DNA of 64,000 nt, taken from Camelus ferus (lineage: Eukaryota). The position numbers and the translations under genes are program-made. This document shows, piece by piece, positions 36,781 through 50,615 of this stretch (position 1 is the first letter of the stretch; each line of letters begins with the position of its first letter). The DNA is taken from NCBI RefSeq assembly GCF_009834535.1, contig NC_045697.1, positions 22,198,001 to 22,262,000 on the forward strand. The letters are read 5' to 3'. Below the pieces are notes generated by a model that was not told the origin of the DNA, made no database searches, and was given only the letters and a program-made list of their open reading frames with translations.

Positions 36781-39700
36781 ATTCTTTTTCTGTCTTTATC
36801 ACATTTATTTTTCACTTCCCTCAAAGCATTTAGTCCTTGCAACTATACACTATAGCAATAATACTCAGAGAAAGAATATATGTTTTTACTTAATTCATAG
36901 TTATTTAAAAAATTCTAGTAGGTACTTTGGCTTTCTGTGATTTTTTTTAACTCTTTAAGACTTACATAATAAACAATTTTACTAAGAAATGTTAATCCTG
37001 TTCATGATGCCTGTAATATCTTGCTCTTTTTGGGGGCAGCTTAATGAAATGCATGAGTCTGTGTCATTTTTCACTCAAGAGATAGCCACCCAAGAAAAGG
37101 AAAAGGTTAACATAAATTTCATGGAATTTTCAGAGAAATTGCCTCACATATAGGACACATTGCATTTAACATCTTGCATAGCATCTGCCCTTAATTTTCA
37201 GCTATGAAAAGCTAAATGAAATGGCTATTAGTGTACAAACCACATTAGGAGAGTGACTTGTTTCTTAATGTAGTTCTAGTAAGAGTTGGAAGAACTCCCA
37301 ACTCTGGCAAAGAGTATGAGGATTTGGAAGAATTTTTGTTTGCTTGTCATTCAGCTGAAATGTTTTGAACCCACTTCACTAGGATTCACAGTGTTGTATT
37401 GTTCTTTAAGTACCATGCAAATCAATGAGATTTGTTTTGAAGTGGATAATTTACTTCCTAATTATCATAGGTGGTTAACAGATGAATGAAAATAGAAATG
37501 TTTCCATTTGCCTATTATTTAATAGAAAATTTCTCTAAAAATGTCTATTTGCCCTACAATATACAGCCCCAGATATGTTTTGTTTTAAGTTGGTCTTTCC
37601 CGAATATATCAAGATCCAGTTTATCCATTATCTCATAGATTGTAAGCCCAGTGAATTTTAATGAAGGTTGCTTTTTGAAATTTAGGTCTTTGTAAAGGTA
37701 ACACTTAACAGAATAAATTTCATGGCAGCCACTGAAAATATAAATATTACAAACATCTTTTCCTCTACTAAAATCTTTGTGGACAATGCTGAAAGCTTTT
37801 CAGGACATACAGACCAAAAAAGTAATGGTGTTCAATGGATAAGATATGAATATTTTTAAACAACCACTTACACTTAGAATTTTATACAGTCATTACTAGT
37901 ACCTATCCAGTAATTTGTCAGATGCTATTCTGTGACATGTTACCACCGCCATTACTGAAATTCCAAACCGCTTTGAGGTTTCATTGACTTTGGGATAGCC
38001 AAAATGCTTGGTAGGATTAAACTTGTATTAATAATTCATTAATTTGTTTTACCTTCTCCCCTTGTGCCCACCCATCTATACGATATTTTCCCGTATTCCC
38101 TCCAATCCTAGAAATGTTATTTGAATTCTCTTTCTAAGCAGTTTTATTTCCCTCTCCTTTTGTATCCCGAGTTGTACCTTTGATTTATTTAAATGTAAAC
38201 CTCTCATTTTGATGTGGAAGTGAAGGAACATGAATTCCTGAGGCTGTGATCTGAAAGACAACAGCCAGGCTAGCAGTGAGAGGATTTGAGATAACAACAG
38301 TGGGCATCCCAAAATGAGCATGCTGTGAAGACACGTGTTCCTAGTTTTATGAACATATTATGGAGCTGACAGATGCTATGATAAATCTGTATAAAGACAT
38401 TGTCTGCAGCATAATTTTTATGTATTCCCTTTAAAGCTGTAAGTGTATGTGTCTGTGAGCAAATATGTATTAGCATACGTGCCGTTCTGCTTTCCTCGTT
38501 TACTTTCTTTGGGACACAACATTCTGCCACCTTGGCATCCCACAGAATTAAAACGTTCCTACATATCATTGATATTTGCAACACCTCTTATTTTCGCCAT
38601 AAAAATATGTTGCATTATTTGGCTTACCTTTGGGGAAAAAAATGTAAAATATACTACCCTTTCAAACACGCACGTACACCCAAACAGGCACACACACACT
38701 CCTGTGTTCTTCGCTCTTGGCCTGCGGTTGCAGGTCCACGACGTTAAAATAAATATATGCAGTGATGCCACAGAGCCGAATGGATTAGTTGATCTGTAAT
38801 TCAGGTAATTAATAGAAGTAATCTGTTTGATCGTATTTTCACGAGGGCTTCAGATGATTGCATTTTTAATAAATGTCAGAGTAAGCAGCTAACCACTATT
38901 TCTAAGCTTTTTAAAAAAGCTAATCTTATGCAATTATTGCACTAGAATCCCCTGCCCAAGTCCCGCAGAATGTTCGTGATTTGCCATAAGGAAATCCAGC
39001 CCCAGCTTTGCTGACGGTTAAGATAAATTTATCTTCACCAGACTCAACTCTTGGTACATCTCTGCTAAGTCTTGATGAAGTAGCTAAGTTAATCCCCCCA
39101 AGGACTCTTTAAATTGCCAGCTGAGCTTCCTTGGAACCTTCTCACAAACAGGCGTTATGTTCTGTGAAGAAAATTCCGCTTTGCATTTGATCAAACACCT
39201 TGGTTGGCTGTGTGTTGATACAGTATCCTACACTATTCTTTACTATATTCTGCATTATTATTTTCTAAAATTCTGAAAAAAGCCCCGAATTTACACTTAT
39301 ATATATGTATATATGTTCATTTATATATGCATAATATTTATATATGTATATGTTTATAAATATGTACATCTATTAAAACATATTAATAGAAGCATGGCTC
39401 TGATTATAAGCTCCATTGAAATCGCTGTACATAACCTTTTGCAATGTGAGCAAACCTGTTTTGTATCAATCCTGCCTATTTTTTATTGGTATTTTATCAA
39501 CTTGATTCAATTTAACTGTAGAAATGCTTGAATTTCCTGTGGAAATTAAATCAGCCAATTGAATTTTGGCTATAGCAACTCTTCTTTTTTATAGATGACT
39601 TATTAATGGTCATGGTCATTTTATGCTTTCTATAACTTGTAGTTTTAATTTAATTTTTTTTTCTTCTAAAATATGAGTAGTCTAGAAAATGTTTTTAGTC

Positions 39701-41160
39701 GAGTCAAATTATTTATCTTATATGATACTGACTTTGAGCAGCTAGCCAATATCTACTAACAGGGCTTTAGTACTTTGGGATATTTTAAAAAATTGACATG
39801 ATGTGTATGTAGCATTATACATAAGGATAGTCTTAGAATAAAAGTGTTTAAGTAGAGTCTTTAAAAGCTCTTTGTTTCTTGTTTTGATGCTCATGCTGAA
39901 CACTGCATTCAAATTTGATTATTTAAAAGTGAAAATCCCCTTTAAAATAGAAGGGAGTAAGATAAATATTTCATTTCAAAATGATCCAAAATTCAGGATT
40001 AATAGTAGAATTACTTACCTAGATGCTTTAATTTTAGCCTAAACTGTCGTTTTTTCATGATAAATAACATATGAGAGGAAACTCATTGTGAAACGTGCTA
40101 ATCTTGCAAAAAGAAACTAAGCTCACTGTAGGATAATCTGAAGATTTGGGAAGTGTAATAGGTACGGAAAAAATAGAAAAAAATAATTCTCATGTCCCAA
40201 AATGTAACTACTCCAGTGGTCAGAAGCAACCCCAAACTGGTTGTGTGGCTTTGATTTATTTTGATAATTGACTATGCCCAGAACAGCCAATAAAGCAAGT
40301 CAGTGGTAGGTTGTAATTGGATACAGATTGGCAGCAATTTTCACAGATGATTCAAAAATTTTATCTTCTATCCCCTAAAAGGTAGCAAATATTAAATATA
40401 TCTTTGACTTTGAAGGCCTGGTGATTTCATTTTGCTGTAATTATCGGTGTGTTTTTGTGACCAGAAAAAAATAATCTGAGCATGCTCATGCATCAGCAGC
40501 AAATTTACCCAAATTAAAAGCATGCACATCTCTTTTTTTATGTGTAGAGATGTTATGCCTGTTTTCGTTAATGCACTATTAACTAATCATAAAGTATAAA
40601 AGGTAGTCTCCTTCTGAAAATGGTGTGTCTCAAATACGAAAACAGGGTCAGAAATGTCCTAGATATCCAGGCATCTGGAGCAGGACTCCTCAGATGGCAG
40701 CCAGTGGAGTCTAGGGCAGAGTTCTTTAGAGCGCGAAGACACCTGTAGGCATCGTGGAGGGTCTTCAGGAAACAGCAGTACCTGGGTGTAGCAGCACTAG
40801 GCAAGCCTGGGCTCTCGGCTCTAGTAAGGAAGTTTACAGAAAACTTCAGATACAGACGTATTTGGGTTTACAAATTAAATCTGCCACTCTTAATTCATAT
40901 TATATCCCAGATGATATGTGATGTGGTTCAGAAATCCAACCAGTGCTGGATGTTGAGATGGAGAACTTGGGCAAAATGTGGAAACCCCAGGCAGGCAGAT
41001 AGACCTTACAATGAAAGGTCACATATCAAAAATAACAGGGCTCTGAGCACTAGACTGGGGTTCAAGCATAAGAAGTTGGTACCTAAGGGTCATATATTAG
41101 TAGAAGCAGACCTTGGTGTCCAGGTAGTTTATGAGAATTGAAAAAGAGAAACAAAGACTA

Positions 41161-41270
41161 GAAAACGAATATCCGTATGTCCATGTATGACTGAAGCATG
41201 GTGCTGTACACCAGAAATTGACACACCATTGTAAAATGACTATACTTCAGTAAAAATATATATATTTTAA
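41161..41270 (+). mobile_element. Very short (110 bp) young L1 3' end with 8-bp TSD
   Basis: catgtatgactgaagcatggtgctgtacaccagaaattgacacaccattgtaaaatgactatacttca matches, reverse-complemented, the 21.4 and 24.5 kb L1 ends. aaagacta at 41153-41160 and 41271-41278. Confidence 0.88.
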
Positions 41271-42713
41271 AAAGACTAATGCAATGGAAGTTTTCAAATA
41301 AAACAAACGAAAAAACCATTATACTGGGGGCTAGGTTCTACCTGGTCTTGAAAAAAAAGTCCAATATTCTGATCATGAATAAATCAGCTCCCCAAAGGAC
41401 CTGATGCTGAGTGGCCAACTATGAATTCAGTACCTCTGGCTGTGATTGAGAGGATAAGCTGAGTCTGGGTTGGGGGTGTGTGTGTGTGTAATGGGGTGTT
41501 CAAGATGGCTGGTTTTATTCGATTGTCCTGTAAGTCCCAGTCTTGTCACATCACCTCAGCCATCCTTCGCTGTATCCTCAAATTGCTTTGCCTTTGGTGG
41601 GGCCTCACCCTGGAGCTAGAGAACCCGGGAGCACTCATCCTTCACTTGTGTCAGTTTCAAGAGGGAGGGGCTAAAGACGTGGCTCTACCAGTCTGCCTCG
41701 TTTTTTTTTAAAGACTTGCCTGACCATTGATTTTTCCATTTGATTCAAAATTTCATTCATTCTGTTTGTCTTCCCTTTTAGAACTTAATTAGCAATCTAG
41801 TTCTAGAACATTATGCTTCCTCACAAATAATAGAGCAAGACATGCATTTATTTGCTCTACTACCTATAATAACACAAAGTTTCATATTTTAAGAATCCTA
41901 TCCAAATACTAACTAGGCTTAACCACAGACTCGGAAAGGAAAAAGAGAGAAAGGCAGAAAGACAGACAGAAAAAAAAAAAAAGCAGTTGAAGTTTGTTAT
42001 TTGAATTATTTGTCTTCAGGCTGGGAGCCAAGTTACATTTTTAAATTCATATATATTTCTTTTTAATCATGAGCAGCATAATTTCATCTTATTTTAAATT
42101 GTTGGTGCTTAGAAAAAGAACAACTAGAAAAAAAAAGACTGTAAAAGTTTCAGTGAATTCCAATTACTTATGGCTTAGCAGCAGTAATTGAAAAGCTAAT
42201 TTGTTTAGTAATGAACTTTATCTTCAGAGAGAAAAGACAACAAGACCATTACTGAATTTAACAGCAAAGACTTACTCTCAAGTTTTAAGCAATAAAAGGG
42301 AATAGAGTTTGCCTGTATCATTCTTCAGATTGATTAATATTAATCATATTTTGCTTTTTCAAAATACATAGTACAAATAGTAATGTAGAGGCTAAGAATA
42401 TGGTGATGACAGTAATACTGACCATTATATAACAAACATGTGACACTTTCTGAGCAAATAAGAGGTGTATTTGTGGAGAAAGCCCTCTTGGAGACACCAA
42501 GGAAGAAAATGTACGATCCTAGCATATTACCAGATTTCTCGATGATATAGATAAGATTTGAGCATAAATGGTTGTAATATAAGAAAGAATGAGGTTGTTT
42601 GAATAAGATACACGTGACTAGTAGTCTGTGGAGGTTGGAAAGATTATATTCACTCTAGGTCTGAAAGGGGAATGATGGTTAAGATTTCATCAGGTATATA
42701 TGAAAGGATTAAA

Positions 42714-42890
42714 CAGTGATTTGATTTTTAACAGGAGGCAATTTTAAGCTGCACTGTCCCTCCCCCCCACCAAGAGACATTTGGCAATGCCTGGAGACAT
42801 TTTTATTTCTCACAGCTGGGGGAAGGAAACTGGCATTTAGTGAGCAGAGGTCAAGGATGCTACTAAACATCCTATAAGCCACAAGATCCA
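42714..42890 (+). mobile_element. MER20 hAT-Charlie DNA transposon
   Basis: gacatttggcaatgcctggagacattttt...ctggcatttagtgagcagaggtcaaggatgctactaaacatccta matches the recalled MER20 consensus. Confidence 0.88.
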
Positions 42891-43661
42891 CAAGAGAAGC
42901 TGGCTAAGAGGCTGCTGAAAGGGTGTAGTGGAAAGAACATACCCATTTTGCTGCATATTCATAATATACTTTCACTGGATGAATAAAATCATATTTTTGA
43001 TAAATAGAGGTCGTTCTCTAAAGATGAAAGTTTTTGTAGGGAGAAGATGTAACCCTGATGCCAGCATAAATAAGAAAACAGAAAACCTCTCTTTTGAATC
43101 AGAACTATCAGAGAAGAATAAACTTTGCCAGTAGACAATGAAAGGCAAAAAGTTGATCATGAGTCAAAAACTAAAAGATAAAGAGTTGAGAGGGGATAAA
43201 GTGATCCAGAGGTCACGGGTTGGTGAGATAAGATGGTTCCTGGTACCCTGTCTAAATGGATATAACTCTGACACCAGCCTTTCTGAATACTTAGCACTCT
43301 TCTTAGATGGATCTAGAGAACCAATAGGAGATGGGCAAATTGCAACAATTCTAGAACTTAGACCCTGAACGTGGAGAATCTATTACTTGTTATTATTTTA
43401 TTTTAAATAAGTTGATTTCTTGTATGTTTTAATGAATAAAGGCTGACTGGTGTGTAATGTTGAATAAATTCAGATCTTGTCTCAGAACCTTAATTACACC
43501 TTCCTGAAGCTGTTCCCATAATCTCTGGTGGCAATTCATCCCTGTTCAGCCAAGCGTGGTGAGCGTGGTCTAACAAGTATCTTTAAGACTGGCCTCAGTC
43601 CATAGAAAGTGATGGGAAGACAGAATTCAATTTCTTTTGGGGGGGGTCATTCTTTCATTTT

Positions 43662-43732
43662 TTTTAAACTGACATATAGTTAGTTGATTTACAATATTTA
43701 GTTAGTTTCTGGTGTACAGCATGGTGATTCAG

Positions 43733-43774
<42 letters not shown>

Positions 43775-44107
43775 TCTTTTTCATTGTAGGTTATTACAAG
43801 ATAGTGAATGCAGTTCCCTGTGCTATACAGCAGGACTTTGTTGTTTATCTCTTTTATATATAGTAGTTTGTATTCACTAATCCCAAACTCCTAATTTATC
43901 CCTTCCCGTCTTTCCCCTTTTGTAACCATAAGTTTGTTTTCTATGTCTGTGAGTCTCTGTTTTGTAAATAAGTTCATTTGTATCATTTTTTTTTAGATTT
44001 CACATGTAAGTGATATTGTATATTTGTCTTTCTCTGTCTGATTTACTTCACTTAATATGATAATCTTGAGGTCCATCTGTGTTTTTGCAAATGGCATTAT
44101 TTCATTC
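43662..44107 (-). mobile_element. L1 3' end (~450 bp) with internal (TA)n
   Basis: gtttctggtgtacagcatggtgattcag...gttccctgtgctatacag...tttgcaaatggcattatttcattc. Decayed TSD cattctttcat (43648) / cattctctcat (44108). (TA)n at 43738-43770. Confidence 0.9.
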
Positions 44108-47100
44108 CATTCTCTCATCTTTTTGTTTCTGCTGCTTTCCCAGATATTACAGTGGCTGCCACAGATCTACATTGTTGTGTAATCTCCAGATGTGGCCCCT
44201 CCTTGCCTCCCTCATTCCTTATGTGTTTTAATCTCTAAGAAATGTGTATATGGAGCTCACATTTTGCAAATAACAGACACTTCACAGTCTTATAAGTTTC
44301 AGGCTGAAAATGCAACTGAAATAATTTGAAGAATGAGTACAAAAGAAATATGTTATCAGTACAGCTATGAAAATAAAAATGGTTATTGGAACAAAGAGGG
44401 AAAAAAAAAAAAGACAACCCACCACCAGATTGTTCCAGGTCAAATCATCAGTAGTGTCCAGATTGAGAAACCTTGGAATAAAGAACATTCCAGGTAGAAG
44501 GAAAAATACTCACAAAAGCCAAATTTTGAGACTTTTGGGAAATCCCAATTGGTCTCAGTTGTCTGAGGTGTAGATTGTGTGAAGGACTATAAGGAAAGTG
44601 AAGGCTGGAGAGATAGTTTAGGACAAATTTCAAAGCCAATTTAAAGCATTTCAGTTTCTTAAGGGGCCTTCCTGATACCACCTAATAAAAATGTTTCACA
44701 TCTGATAGAATAGAATGTGAAAATATCTTTCATTAATTTAAACAATATTATTTTAAGTATTCAGTAGACTTCGTTCTTTTCAAATATGTCTCCCTTTCCT
44801 AGTGTAAGGAATTAACAGGGCATTCACTTAGAACCATAGTCAAGTAATTCCTTGAACAAATGTTCTCATTATGTGCCATTTTCCTTCAGACTTATTTACA
44901 AAGAATAAGGGATCGTTTCCTCAGATAAGTGCTAGAATTCTAACTTAAGCCTTTCATGATTCTGGCATGACTTTCGTCCATTAAATATTTAAATATTTTT
45001 ATGGCCTTTTCATGATTATTTTAATTACACATAAGTAGTTTGTAATATCTGTGCAGGGTTAAATAGTTTTGTTGCTCAACCTCAAAAAAATCAAGATAGA
45101 ATGTATAGTTGCTTATTTCATGTTCAATTAACTTTTTTAAAAAGCTTTACTCTAGCTGCTTCAGTAAAATTATTTGTTCATAATTACCTGTGCGTGTCAA
45201 CTTGTGATAAACAACCTTTTAAGATCAGAGAAACTTTTTATCAGATGACACACCCTTCTTAAAAGGTTTAGCCTCTAATTATAGAATTATGCATGTGTAT
45301 GTTATACGTAACATCATATATCTAGAGAGTTCTCATAAAGCCCATATTCCCTTACAAAAACTAATGTAACTTTTTTCAACACACGAATATGATAAGGTTT
45401 AGGAAACAATATCTGTTCTTTTGGAACATTTGACCTTTACACATAATGTAAATTCAAAATAAATTATTTTGAAACTAAAATTCAGTGTTGAAACAATCTA
45501 CTTTCCATGGGAGGTTAAAAGTTCTGAATTTTGCCATAAAATAATGTTTTGTCTTAGAATCTATTTAATGGACAGTAATAAATCACAAATAGATTTTATG
45601 TGATGGCTGTTTCCTGTTGTCAAGACTGTGTCATTTTGGGTATTTATTTACATAGTAGTGCTTATTATTTTCTCTTGTAAGTCCCCTCTCTCGTTGTCCA
45701 TGGAAAGTTACTTTGGGGTAAGAAGCCTGGTTAATCCACGCACAGTGTGTTGGTAGGCATTCAGAAAATGTTTATAGATTGAATAATTTTAAAGTAATAT
45801 GTTTTTTTCAAAAGACAACTTCCCCACAATACAAAGTATAAACATAAAATGCAAAATAAGAATACTATGTAAGTTTTATTATCCCATTCTTTGTAATTTT
45901 TTTAACTTGATACTGTGTGCAGCCAATAGAAATATGTTTCTATGAGACCACTGGCCATGAGCCTCGCCAGTAACTTACAGCATATACGGCTGAGAGATCT
46001 ATCAAACTACGTGCAGCAACCAAAGAGAGCTGGAAAATATTGTTTGAAATGGTGTCTTTCCCAGCTTAATGGAGAAAAAAAAATACTAAGATTGGGGATT
46101 CTTTACTCGGATAATAAAAGTTATATTTCAGCATATTTTATTAAGAAATAGAAAAATAGTGAAAAGAAATATGGGGTGAGGGAGGCCCAGCAGAGAGGGT
46201 TATTTTTACTGCAGAATTTGCCCCTAGATGCTAACTCCAGTTCCACCATGTGATGCAGCTGGAATTTACATTGGCTTCAAAAACGCAAGTCAAATTATAA
46301 AAATAGTTTATATAATTCTTTCATTTAGATATAGTACTTTATTTACAGTCAATTTAATAATTGCAGGAAATAATTTTCACACATTTTTACAAGTTTTCCG
46401 CCCCATCCTTTGTTCCCACATCCTCTTCTTCCTAAAGCTTCCTCCTCCTTTCATACTCAGCCTTCAGTTACATCGCTCCTGTAGCTTTTTATTTCACATT
46501 GAAACCTTTCTAGACTTATCCCACTAAGCGACAGCCCAGCTCAACCCTATCTTGCCTTGATAGTCCTCACCCTGGTCAATTTCTCCCTCCTCACAATCTG
46601 ACTTTTAAGTTTGTTATTCTACTGTTCCAATTCGGTTTTCAAGTCTTCCCTCTAGAAGCTTCTTGAATGTTCTTTCTTTTTTGGTAAGTGTCAACTTCAT
46701 AGTCCAAGGAAATATTTCTTTCCTTTTCACCAGCAGCTCATTTAACATTAAGCTCCATCACCACCCCTTCCTGCTATTGCTTCTCCTTCTTCACACCAAA
46801 TTCGACCTGGGCTCCGAAGGCACTACATTAAAGTGCTTCTCTTCATAGAAAATTACCTCCTGTCACTGAATTGAAAAAAAGAAAATAATTATTCATTATT
46901 TGTAATACATTCTAACAATCATCATGATGTAAACAACAGTTGGGTGCATTTTTAAAATATTGAGATATTTGATGTTCACATTTCATTGTAAATATTAGCA
47001 TGAGTGATGATGCCTATTTTAAAAATAGTTTTAGACTAAGGACCACTGAAGCCTGTGCCTTTTCAAAAATTCATATAAACATCTGAATTTAGAAATTGCC

Positions 47101-48400
47101 ATTAGCTAAGTATCATTTACCTACTGGTAATGCTATTCCAGAACTTTCTTAGAGTTGAAAAATCGTTCGTCATTTCCCTGCCCACTGCTTCCACATTCAT
47201 TCTATAATCTTGCCATCTGTTTCACTGAAATGGCAGACCCAGAGGGCAGGGAGCGTATCTTATCTGTGCAATGCTGTCAGTAAGTGTGGATTCTCTGTCA
47301 GCATTTAAAAAATAATAGAACTTCAAATAAGGTTGATTTAAGCCTCCCTAGTCAGCAGTTAGTCTTGGTGACATGAATCACTCTTTCAAATGGTAATTTG
47401 CACCTGTTACCTTCATCCACAGGTTGGAAAACACTTACACCTTAATTAATTATGCCCTTGCGATGTGGGAGATCCTATCCTCCACTCTGAGACAGGGAGA
47501 CTGGGGCATAGAGAATCAACAGCTTTTCAAAGCAGATTTTTGGAGAAGAAAATTAGAATTCAGGTCACTTTTCAATGAGTGACAGATGAGGTTCTTTAGG
47601 AATCTGTGTCTCTTATGGCAGGAAGCATGGTGATGGCTTCCCTTCCAGTAAGGGATGTACTTGTCCTTAGCTTATTCTGTAACATGACCTCACAGAACAT
47701 CTATGCTTCTTAATAACATGTTCCCTCTCCACATCCGCAGTGGCTGATGTCATCCACAGAACCAGAGAGCAGGTGGCACGTAGATTACTTTTAGGTGAGC
47801 ATGGCATTAGACTATAATTCCCCAAATGGTAGTGCCGCCATGTAATTAAGCTCTAAGTGACGAGTACCTGACATCAGATAATCACTTAATAGAGGAAAAT
47901 GGGAAGCAGTTTATTATTTTAAAATGTGTCTTCTTTACAGTGCCTTGAGTATGTGGAAGGATTTTCTTAGCATTCAAATGATCTTAAAATGCTTGTGTGC
48001 AGTTCTTTTGGCACATTAAGTAAAATGTTTATGATAATGATAAACGTTCCTTGGCGTACATCCTTCGATGTTCCCAAGAGTCCCAAGTGCACTTTCGCCT
48101 TTGGTTTTTCGCTGTCAGCAAAAATGTTGTCTGGATTCATTTGCTTTTTGTTTCTTGAAGTTGAACAAAACATTAGGATTGCTAAGATAGACACTTTAAA
48201 AGGTATTATAAATGTCTTTTGCATCAATATGTGCACTGAGTTTTTATTATTTTAATTAATATAATTGCTTACTCAGTATTTTGCTCAGTATTATTTGGTC
48301 TTTTTCATTGAAGAGAGATGCTAAGAAATTCTAGTTTTTTTAAGTACATGCAGCAATAGTAGATTCCATCTCCAAGAAACTCTAAAACCAACATTTTAAC

Positions 48401-48401
48401 A

Positions 48402-48443
<42 letters not shown>
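48401..48443. repeat. (AT)n microsatellite with one interruption
   Basis: Read directly. Confidence 0.95.
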
Positions 48444-48749
48444 GTCAACTTTGTTAAATTGCAAAGTAAATTGATTTAGAGACTAAACCATGTAATACTC
48501 GTTGTTTCATTAAAAATATTTTTTCATAATCTATTACATGCAAGACACTCTACTGCACTAGTAATTCTAATTTAGTAAAGCTTTAAAAATTCCACACCTC
48601 ATTACCACTTTACCTCTCTACCCATCTCCTTCATTTTGAATTAACTTTATAAAATCCTTAATTATCTAATTTAATATTCTTCATTGTCCCAGCCCCATCT
48701 CTGCCCCATCCAATGACCTATTCTCCATCCTTGAAAACTCTTACCTGAT

Positions 48750-48890
48750 CTGACTCTCAGTTTCTTCAACTGTGTATTGGAAATAACAATGTAACCTAGC
48801 AGTTGTTTGAGAATTAAATGAAATAATATTTAGAAATCATTTCACTTAATTATTGGCAAATACTAGTTAAACAGTAATTATTTACTAATC
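48750..48890 (+). mobile_element. MIR 3' fragment
   Basis: tctcagtttcttcaactgtg...gttgtttgagaattaaatgaaataat. Confidence 0.65.
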
Positions 48891-50119
48891 ATATTGCCAT
48901 TATTATTGTATTCAAGATTCAGCTTAGATATTATAGGCTCTCTGGGAAGGGAGTTCAAACCCCTGGTCCTACGTGCTGTGTTCATGCTTCTATTGCTGTT
49001 GTAGGCAAGTTCTATGCTATTTTTTCTCGTACAATAACTTACCACCTTGAGAAAATGGGCCATATATTATTCATTTCTGTATTTTCAATAATTGAGACAT
49101 TCAAGAATCTCAAAATGGTGGTCAACTGAACGACTGAAGAAATATTCTGAAATATATACCTGTAGCTGACGTTAATTGTGACTGTTTCACCTTCCCATAC
49201 TGGATGCAATCATCTTTCCTTCCTGTTGCTTCTTTTTTAGAAGAAATGCTGAAGAGTGCACTCTAGGGAGTGTTTAAGCCACTCTCATTTCACCCACCAC
49301 TTCCCTGCTATGGGGCCAGCATTTGCAGTGTGGATTTTGTTTTAAATGATGGAAACGCAGATGAACTATAATATCATGATAGTATGTTGATAGAAGTTGA
49401 CAGTGGCTTAATCAGACAACAGGCAGATGACAGGCGACGTGTGTATCCTGGCTGATGATCAGAGTTCATTGACAAAGGAAGATGACAACAAGCTATTTCA
49501 GAATTCAGGCAGGCAAGTAAATGGATTCAGTAATGTCTGGCAGCAGATGGTTAGGGCCCAGGCCAGGACTTCTGAGAGCAAGCCTGACCTGCAATTCCAG
49601 AAGTATGGTCAAAGCAGAGATTTAGTAGCAGAGAATAAATTACAAGATATGGAACAGAGGAGTATTCTCAAGGATTTAGCCAAGCTACTTGACCCTGGGG
49701 AAAAATTTAGAGTAAACTGAGGTCTAGTGAGTCAGTCTAGAGCAGGCTTTGATCGACATTTTTCAGTAGCAAAGGAACTTGGCACATACTTTTTTAAAAC
49801 ACTGTTCTATATGCTTGGCTTCTGATAGTTTTGTCAAAATGTTATTATAATTATTACTTATTACTCATTATAAGCTTAAAGATTTATTAAAATACACTAT
49901 TTGAATCATAAAGTAAGAGATAAAAGCAACAAATATGATTCCTTCTTTAGTGGTGAAAAATGGTGAAAAGCTTATATCTAAGCTAAATAAACACAAAACT
50001 AGCTGGAGGACTATCTGAGATGGAATAAGAAATTAAAATGTAGAGAGGAAATAGGGTTTATAGATATTTATTTTTCATTATAATTTTAATATATAGGAAT
50101 ATATCCCCTCAAAACATAT

Positions 50120-50365
50120 TGTTTTATGTTTTCCATTTGTGAGTTACATATAAATGTTACCATACTTTGTATATTCCTCTGTGATTTATGACCAGGAATT
50201 TTGTTTGGAAATTAATCTATGTTGATGTGATTAGTTGCGGCTCGCTGATTTTCAGTTGTATATAGCATATCATTAAAGGCTTATGTGAGAGTTGATTTAT
50301 CTGTTCTTCTATTGATAGACATTAGAATTGTTTCCAGTTCTTTGCTATAACTAACAATGATCCTA
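50120..50365 (-). mobile_element. Old L1 (L1ME-like) 3' fragment
   Basis: ctatgttgatgtg...gatttatctgttcttctattgatagacattagaattgtttccagttctttgctataac. Confidence 0.72.
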
Positions 50366-50404
50366 CATACGCACTTTTGCAATATTGTATGGCATATGTA
50401 TTCT

Positions 50405-50615
50405 AAAATCCAAGCTCCCCTACAAATCTGCCATTAAACCTGAGAAAGCTGCTTAATTTCTCTGAGTTGAATACTCCTTTTGAGTAATATGGGAATGATT
50501 GTAGTAACTTGCTACATAGAGTGTTTGCAAAGAGAAATTTTTAGATGACACATGCCATGTGCCTAGAACAGCACCTGCTCACAAGAGCAGAACAGACATG
50601 AACGGTTACTGTATT
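50405..50615 (+). mobile_element. Degraded MIR
   Basis: aagctgcttaatttctctgag...atgggaatgattgtagtaac...catagagtgttt...gtgcctagaacagcacctg. Confidence 0.6.

Noticed and set aside
47760..47785. CTCF-like motif AGAGCAGGTGGCAC (similar partial matches near 2832, 16560, 28735, 50836)
   Set aside because: Each misses core consensus positions; cannot be called without PWM scoring or ChIP data.
49380..49735. Possible ancient LTR fragment overlapping the 97-aa ORF (similar texture at 40910-41140)
   Set aside because: Composition suggests an old repeat, but I cannot assign a family or termini, and the ORF has no recognisable homology.
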